Shown here in pieces: positions 8,491 through 13,138 of a stretch of DNA of 13,138 bases. The notes beneath the pieces are model-generated. The model did not search any database. It was not told where the DNA came from and saw nothing but the letters and a program-made list of their open reading frames with translations. How positions within the stretch are numbered: position 1 is the first letter of the stretch; each line of letters begins with the position of its first letter. Origin of the DNA: Oligoflexales bacterium. GTDB lineage: Bacteria > Bdellovibrionota_B > Oligoflexia > Oligoflexales > Bog-1112. Location: positions 1 to 13,138 of the forward strand of contig JBGCEP010000074.1 in assembly GCA_045106415.1 (NCBI GenBank). The letters run 5' to 3'. The translations under genes and the position numbers were made by a program.

Positions 8491-9739
8491 CAAAATCACG
8501 ACCTTTAGTCTCTTTTAAAGACTCTGGGTCCACGGGTTCTTCTGAATAGTATCCAGCGGCTTTTTTGGCTTGAATTTCTACGCTTGCATCATCAGGAATC
8601 AAATAATCAGGTATTGTTACGCGCTCTTCAATTTCAATTCCTGATTTTTCAAGAGCATCAAATTTCATATTCGACATCGAAGCAAATCGGTGAATTTTTT
8701 CAACTCCTAACCATAGCAAGACATCTGGCATTAACTCTTGAAATCGAACATCTTGCACACCAGCTACACACTCTGTTCTTTCAAAGTATGTTTCTGCGCG
8801 GTCTCCCCCTTCTTGTCTTTTCCGTGCGTTATAGACAAGAAATTTTGTCACCTCTCCTAAGGCTCTTCCTTCTTTTCTATTATAAGCAATAATTCCACAT
8901 CCACCTTGTTGTGCAGCTTCCACACAAATTTCAATTCCATGAACAAGATAAGGCCGACAAGTACATATGTCAGATCCAAACACATCCGACCCATTACACT
9001 CATCATGAACTCTTGCATGTAAAGGCTTACCTGGGTCAGTAATAGTGGATGGATCACCAACGAGATAAACCGTAATTCCACCCGTTGGAGGTAAGAAAAC
9101 TTTTAAATCAGGTCGTGTAATAAGCTCTGGATACATTCCTCCGGTTTCTTCAAATAAAACACGGCGAAACTCTCCTTCTGGGCATTGAAAACGTTCCGCA
9201 ATCCCGGGCAAATACCAAACAGGTTCAATAGCAGCTTTAATTACTGAAATATCCCCTGTCTCAAGAAGGTGCTTCCCATCTGGTTTTAAACGGCCCTGTG
9301 CAATAGCAGAATCTATTTCAGGAAGTTTCATCCGAGCTTTTGTAATTGCAATACTCGGACGAACATCGACACCCTCTGAGAGCTCTTTTTCAAACACTTG
9401 AGACACCATGTGTCCGTATGGATCTATAGAGACAATTTTTTTCGGATCAGACCATGCTTGTTGAGCAGGAAAGTCGACAACAGGCGTTGTGTTCGTCAAA
9501 TCGGGTTGGTGATCTGCTTTTAAAGCACCTGATGCAATTGCAAGCGCTCTGTAAATAGAGTAAGAACCAGAATGTGTTCCAATCACATTTCTATCTAAAG
9601 GGTTTGTTGTCGTTGCAATCACTGGCCCGCGTTGAGCAGGGCTTCCTGCCCCCCACTCAATAGGATGACTCGCATGACTCTGAGAATTAGGGTGAGATGT
9701 CAACACAATGTGTTGAAGTTTTCGGCGGGTTTTTGCCAT
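8480..9739 (-). CDS. urc1: GTP cyclohydrolase II-like protein with N-terminal extension (URC1/urg1 family)
   Basis: HIVLTSHP, RGPVIAT, RNVIGTHSGSYSIYRALAIA, RVHDECNGSDVFGSDICTCRPYL (Zn cysteines), RKEGRALGEVTKFLVYNARK, AKKAAGYY. Confidence 0.93.
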   Translation of the reverse strand: MAKTRRKLQHIVLTSHPNSQSHASHPIEWGAGSPAQRGPVIATTTNPLDRNVIGTHSGSYSIYRALAIASGALKADHQPDLTNTTPVVDFPAQQAWSDPKKIVSIDPYGHMVSQVFEKELSEGVDVRPSIAITKARMKLPEIDSAIAQGRLKPDGKHLLETGDISVIKAAIEPVWYLPGIAERFQCPEGEFRRVLFEETGGMYPELITRPDLKVFLPPTGGITVYLVGDPSTITDPGKPLHARVHDECNGSDVFGSDICTCRPYLVHGIEICVEAAQQGGCGIIAYNRKEGRALGEVTKFLVYNARKRQEGGDRAETYFERTECVAGVQDVRFQELMPDVLLWLGVEKIHRFASMSNMKFDALEKSGIEIEERVTIPDYLIPDDASVEIQAKKAAGYYSEEPVDPESLKETKGRDFDGD

Positions 9740-9877
9740 AAAACGCCTCCTGGCGACTAATCATTTCTTCGGTCCGATGAGGAATTCTACACATAAAATC
9801 TTCTCTGCTCCACATCAGATCATCGAAATCCTAAAAACAATGCTCTAGAATAGAAAAAAACTTTATAAGGAGAGTCT

Positions 9878-10501
9878 GTGTCAAAAACATTTTTAATTGC
9901 TTTAGCGGGTGGTTCTGGCTCTGGAAAAACGACCCTCGCCTCTTCTCTTCACGATTATTCATCTGATATCAACATGTTAAGCATGGATCACTATTACAAC
10001 GACTTATCACACTGGACGGCAGAGCAAAAAGAAAATCATAATTTTGACCACCCAGCTTCTATTGATTTTCCATTATTTATCTCAGATTTAAACAACCTTA
10101 AAAATAATAAGACCATTCAAAGACCGTCTTATAATTTCACAAACCATCACCGAGAACAGTCTGTTGAGATGAGACCATCAAAAGTTCTGATTGTTGATGG
10201 TTTATTTTCACTTTATCACCCTGAAACCTTGGGGCTTTATGATCTCAAAATTTACATCGACACTGATGACGACCTCCGTTTAAACCGCCGTATCCGAAGA
10301 GACATCAAAGAGCGCTCTCGATCTTTAGAAAGTATTCTTGATCAATATGAAAAGTCTGTCCATCCTATGTATCACTCTTATGTCAAACCCACTCGTATTC
10401 ATGCAGATTTTCAGATGTCTCTAAACACTCGCAACGAAAAAGCATTTCAAAGTCTAACCTCTATGATTCAGAGTCACTTGCAAAAGGAGAATCTGAAATG
10501 A
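9878..10501 (+). CDS. udk: Uridine kinase
   Basis: IALAGGSGSGKTT, DHYY, NFDHPASID, RLNRRIRRDIKERSR, VHPMYHSYVKPT; GTG start after AAGGAG. Confidence 0.93.
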   Translation: MSKTFLIALAGGSGSGKTTLASSLHDYSSDINMLSMDHYYNDLSHWTAEQKENHNFDHPASIDFPLFISDLNNLKNNKTIQRPSYNFTNHHREQSVEMRPSKVLIVDGLFSLYHPETLGLYDLKIYIDTDDDLRLNRRIRRDIKERSRSLESILDQYEKSVHPMYHSYVKPTRIHADFQMSLNTRNEKAFQSLTSMIQSHLQKENLK

Positions 10502-10627
10502 ACTATCAAAACCAGCAAAGCACCCTGACCTTACGAGAAGGTTTGGATGAATTTCATAGCTTACTTGAAAATCCTATGAACGGTGATTTATCTCCAAAAG
10601 TTGAAGAACTTTTTCATTGCTATGATA
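10498..10627 (+). pseudogene. 5' fragment of a gene translationally coupled to udk, truncated by an IS630 end
   Basis: ATGA overlap with the udk stop and AAAGGAG upstream; MNYQNQQSTLTLREGLDEFHSLLENPMNGDLSPKVEELFHCYD, then reads into IS sequence and stops at 10665. Confidence 0.6.
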
Positions 10628-10764
10628 TAGCATTGATCACGTTTATTTACTCAACATCTTCATAGCCGCACAAACAGCATCATAAATAGAGTCACATCCA
10701 TCTCTGAGAATTTTTCGTATTTTTGTTTTAACTTGATATAGCATTGGCTGGTTTTATTTACTCA
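10623..10764 (+). repeat. 31-bp imperfect direct repeat pair TGATATAGCATTG-N6-TTTATTTACTCA
   Basis: Copies at 10623-10653 (core ATCACG) and 10734-10764 (core GCTGGT), 111 bp apart. Confidence 0.9.
10626..10738 (-). mobile_element. IS630-family right-end remnant
   Basis: TA + TAGCATTGATCACGTTTATTTACTCA terminus; minus-strand 10735-10643 encodes QVKTKIRKILRDGCDSIYDAVCAAMKMLSK*, resembling the IS630 C-terminus after the NPIE motif, with the stop inside the inverted repeat. Confidence 0.65.
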
Positions 10765-10842
10765 CCCAGACTGAGTCTATTCCACTTATAAACTTGAATT
10801 CGAGAGATGTGATTTTATCTTATAAATTTAGTATGTTGTTCC
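10737..10842 (+). mobile_element. Second IS630-family terminus (probably a left end) inserted at a TA within the first
   Basis: TA + TAGCATTGGCTGGTTTTATTTACTCA, identical to the first terminus apart from a 6-nt core; followed by AT-rich sequence with no recognisable coding frame. Confidence 0.55.
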
Positions 10843-10954
10843 GTAACTACCCAGCTAGGGCTACGTCGGTGGTTCAGGCAAGCCTGGAGTTTGGCCCCAA
10901 AAAATTCCTTCGAGAGCTTCGATCACATTGTTTCCCTGTTTCCTACAGGTTGAA
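10843..10954 (-). mobile_element. IS66-family (ISBst12-like) right-end remnant
   Basis: Terminus GTAACTACCCAGCTAG at 10843; minus-strand 10953-10861 encodes STCRKQGNNVIEALEGIFWGQTPGLPEPPT* (IS66 C-terminal STxRKQG motif), cut by ISAs1. Confidence 0.85.
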
Positions 10955-12194
10955 CAGGGCTGTCTCATCTAAATTGAGGCTTTATTCCTGCTTTCTCTAG
11001 AATATCAGTAAGATACTTATGATCATAAGTTGCCTTTCGCTTCATCAAAGGGAGGCTAAAGTCGGTTTTGCTGAGCCTTAATATGTTCATGGCTAGCTTC
11101 CTGACAACAGCAAAGTTTCTAGGCGCATGGTCTTTGCGTACTCTAGAAGCATCTTCTTTAAAGGTTACATCCAGAGTCCAGTGTAAACGATTTTCAATGC
11201 CCCAATGGCCTCTAGCGAATTTAGCGAAGTGATGAACATCATGATAAATGAGTAAGTAATAGCGTGTTTCTTTTGTTTTTTGACCATCTTTTTCAGTCTG
11301 AGTGTTGTATTTACCAATAGCTTTGAGCCCCTTCCATTCCTGTACTTCATCCACGAGTAAATTTGCATTGACCGGTATAACCTCAAAAGTACGTTCAGTT
11401 ATTCTTCCATGCGTTTTTTCGACTTCGGTATGTGAATACACGTCTTCCACGTAATATTTCGTATCGAAAATGAAACCCACTTTCTCATTGAGATGTTTGT
11501 GATTACCTTTTAGAGCAAGGGTATAATCAGATTTTTCTTCGATAATCTTGGCAGCAGTGTTCTTCTGAGTGTTAAGAGCATCAACTGAAATTGTTGCACC
11601 ATTCACATCTAAAACATCCAACATCTCTGGCACAACTGCTATTTCATTGGATTTCTTATCCACAGGAATCTGACCTAAACAAATTCCGCTTTCGACGGCA
11701 CAGGCATTGAGAACATGCAACGATTTTTGACCTGATGCTTTGTCAAAAGACTTTCGAAGTGTCTTGCCATTCAACGCAATCAGTTTTGCATCTGCTTCCG
11801 GCATCATTTGTTTGGAGAATAGGCTAAAAAACAATTCAAATGCACGAGGTTTGAAGAGAGAAAAAACGCGGCTTATGGTTTGGTGAGAAGGAATACCATT
11901 AGTGAAATCAAAGTATTTCCGGAAAAATTCCAAATGATCTTTTCCATACACTTCGATACTGCGCCAACTATCAGTTCCGGTCAAAGCGCCTATTAGAACC
12001 AAGAACAAGATTTCCTATAATGGATATTTCTTAGTGCGATCCACTCGAGGGTCTTCAATACCCTCAAATGCTTCTTCAAGATCTTCTCTTGACCAAATCG
12101 ATGCCACGTTAGCTCTTAAAACAGGTTGAGCTAACATTCTATAATTATAAAGCAATTAACCGATTCTGTTTTTTATTTAGATGAAACAGCCCTG
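10955..12194 (-). mobile_element. ISAs1-family insertion sequence, 1240 bp
   Basis: 20-bp terminal inverted repeats CAGGGCTGTCTCATCTAAAT (10955-10974) and ATTTAGATGAAACAGCCCTG (12175-12194), 19/20 match; no target-site duplication. Confidence 0.95.
10965..12137 (-). pseudogene. ISAs1-family transposase with an in-frame TAG at codon 41 and a D-to-N change in the DGK motif
   Basis: ATG at 12137: MLAQPVL...FEGIEDPRVDRTKKYPL*EILFLV (TAG at 12017-12015); GIPSHQT, IALNGKTLR, KSNEI, ALKGN, HGRITER, RGHWGIENRLHWTLDVTFKED. Confidence 0.92.
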
Positions 12195-12319
12195 CATGTT
12201 CTGCAAGAAATGCCATTCCGGCCTGTTGGATCTGGCGTCGATGACCTTCTTCCACTCTCTGACTATAAAGCTACATCAAACTGATCGGGTCTGATAGGTA
12301 CCTTTGCTTCTGCGCTTAC
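12195..12319 (+). mobile_element. Classical IS66 (TnpC) right-end remnant
   Basis: 12195-12284 encodes HVLQEMPFRPVGSGVDDLLPLSDYKATSN* (TnpC C-terminal VL...D.LLP motif); ends in GCGCTTAC at 12319, the reverse complement of the GTAAGCG IS66 terminus. Confidence 0.75.
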
Positions 12320-12569
12320 GATACGACGTCGTCTTAGGTGATATGACTGGAAGCGCTGGAGTTTATAAATGCAGGAAAACGCAGCTATTAAAGCTCGGGT
12401 GTTTGCCTGATCAAGCTCAGACATCCGCTTGGAGTGTTCGTAACCAGAGAGGTTGATTGAACTGGGTTCGCTTCAGAAGATTCTCAAAATATACCCAATT
12501 GCACATTACGGTCTTAAGTACGACCACAAGAAATGGCGGACCTTAGCCATTGAGCAAACTAAAATTTGA
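12320..12569 (+). pseudogene. Decayed group II intron reverse transcriptase/maturase domain X fragments
   Basis: IRRRLR*YDWKRWS / YKCRKTQLLKLGCLPDQAQTSAWS then VRNQRG*LNWVR / QKILKIYPIAHYGLKYDHKKWRTLAIEQTKI*; two internal stops and two frameshifts; final TGA sits immediately before domain V. Confidence 0.7.
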
Positions 12570-12570
12570 A

Positions 12571-12643
12571 GAGCTTTGTGCGGAAAATCCGCATGCAGGG
12601 TTCTGTGAGGAGAGGGGTGAGTGACTCACCCCTTCAACTCGAC
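12571..12643 (+). ncRNA. Group II intron domains V and VI (3' end, IIB-like)
   Basis: DV: GAGCTTTG-TGCGG-AAAAT-CCGCA-TG-CAGGGTTC with AGC triad; DVI: GGGGTGAG-TGA-CTCACCCC hairpin with bulged A, ending in ACTCGAC. Confidence 0.9.
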
Positions 12644-12657
12644 ATCTCGATTCACTG

Positions 12658-13138
12658 TTATAAATCAGCACAAGCAATTCTTTTCCCGCCATTCTTTTCG
12701 TGAATAACTACGGACTTCACCATTGTGGGATTGCCTGTTTTGCTACTGTCTTGACGTTGATAAAACCCTGAGCTATCAAAGTCAATAGCTGCCAATTCAC
12801 TACCGTCTGGAAATTTATAGTGTCCTCCTCCCATTCCGTTCCCACATGACTGAATATGTAAATGTCCTGTATAGCTACCTTCTGGGAAATCTTTGTAGTT
12901 GATGCCAGCACCAGTATAAGAGTTGTCGAAAACAACTTCTACGTCTCCGTTGACAGCCTCATATCCAGCACTAAGAGATTTAATTTGTCCCTTTTTTACA
13001 GTTCTTTGAATTTGTTGGTTTGCTTGAGCTTCTGCCTCTGCTTGAGCTTCTGCCTCTGCTTGAGCTTCTGCCTCTGCTTGAGCTTCTGCCTCTGCTTGAG
13101 CTTCTGCCTCTGCTTGAGCTTCTGCCTCTGCTTGAGCT
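12658..13138 (-). CDS. 3' part of a repeat-containing protein with a C-terminal Cu,Zn-SOD-fold (Cu-only type) domain; 5' end lies outside the window
   Basis: Frame open from 13137 to TAA at 12660-12658: (EAEAQA)n-NQQIQRT...GSYTGHLHIQSCGNGMGGGHYKFPDGSELAAIDFD...KSVVIHEKNGGKRIACADL*. Missing from the ORF track because its start is outside the window. Confidence 0.85.
   Translation of the reverse strand, partial: AQAEAEAQAEAEAQAEAEAQAEAEAQAEAEAQAEAEAQANQQIQRTVKKGQIKSLSAGYEAVNGDVEVVFDNSYTGAGINYKDFPEGSYTGHLHIQSCGNGMGGGHYKFPDGSELAAIDFDSSGFYQRQDSSKTGNPTMVKSVVIHEKNGGKRIACADL
13021..13138. repeat. Perfect 18-bp coding tandem repeat TGCTTGAGCTTCTGCCTC, at least 6.5 copies
   Basis: Units start at 13021, 13039, 13057, 13075, 13093, 13111 and 13129 (partial); encodes EAEAQA on the minus strand. 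Confidence 0.98.

Noticed and set aside
8480..9739. Riboflavin biosynthesis ribA
   Set aside because: The long URC1-type N-terminal domain and DUF1688/upp context point to the URC family; no rib genes are nearby.
10623..10764. XerC/D dif-like sites or a mini-CRISPR
   Set aside because: Arms match the dif consensus poorly and there are only two copies; IS630 ends with TA targets and a transposase C-terminus explain them better.
10945..12129. ACAGGTTGA at 10945-10953 and 12121-12129 as an ISAs1 target duplication
   Set aside because: The second copy is inside the element, within the transposase coding start, not outside the inverted repeat; probably chance.
12320..12643. Active retroelement, retron or diversity-generating retroelement
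   Set aside because: No RT catalytic core, no intron 5' domains and no template/variable repeat pair in the window.
12717..12935. 72-aa ORF from the track
   Set aside because: Alternative frame overlapping the SOD-like gene on the same strand, which has clear motifs.
13021..13138. CRISPR array
   Set aside because: Units are contiguous with no spacers, 18 bp long, in frame in a coding sequence, and there are no cas genes.

Overview
Bacterial chromosomal window (moderately AT-rich; flagellin and gene style suggest a Bdellovibrionota/Oligoflexia-like or other delta-proteobacteria-like host, which is inference only). A 10.2 kb housekeeping core (621-10501) carries flagellin with a sigma28-like promoter, two AGGA-loop leader hairpins and a terminator; gmhA-HIT-PMI-hypothetical; HU; a SurA-N-like protein, a RimI-like GNAT and a GT9 heptosyltransferase; and a URC-type uracil catabolism operon (URC1-URC4-upp) divergent from uridine kinase. 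The left edge is a frameshifted single-ORF IS66 element. The right side (10498-12643) is a tightly packed stack of mobile-element termini not shown by the ORF track: truncated gene | IS630 right end | IS630 second end | IS66 right end | full but inactivated ISAs1 with no target duplication | a different IS66 right end | IIC-like intron ORF scrap | IIB intron 3' end (DV-DVI). Most of these scraps are 104-130 bp long. The window ends inside an uncalled minus-strand gene encoding an (EAEAQA)n repeat fused to a Cu-only-type superoxide dismutase domain. All family calls come from motif recognition by eye; no database search was run.
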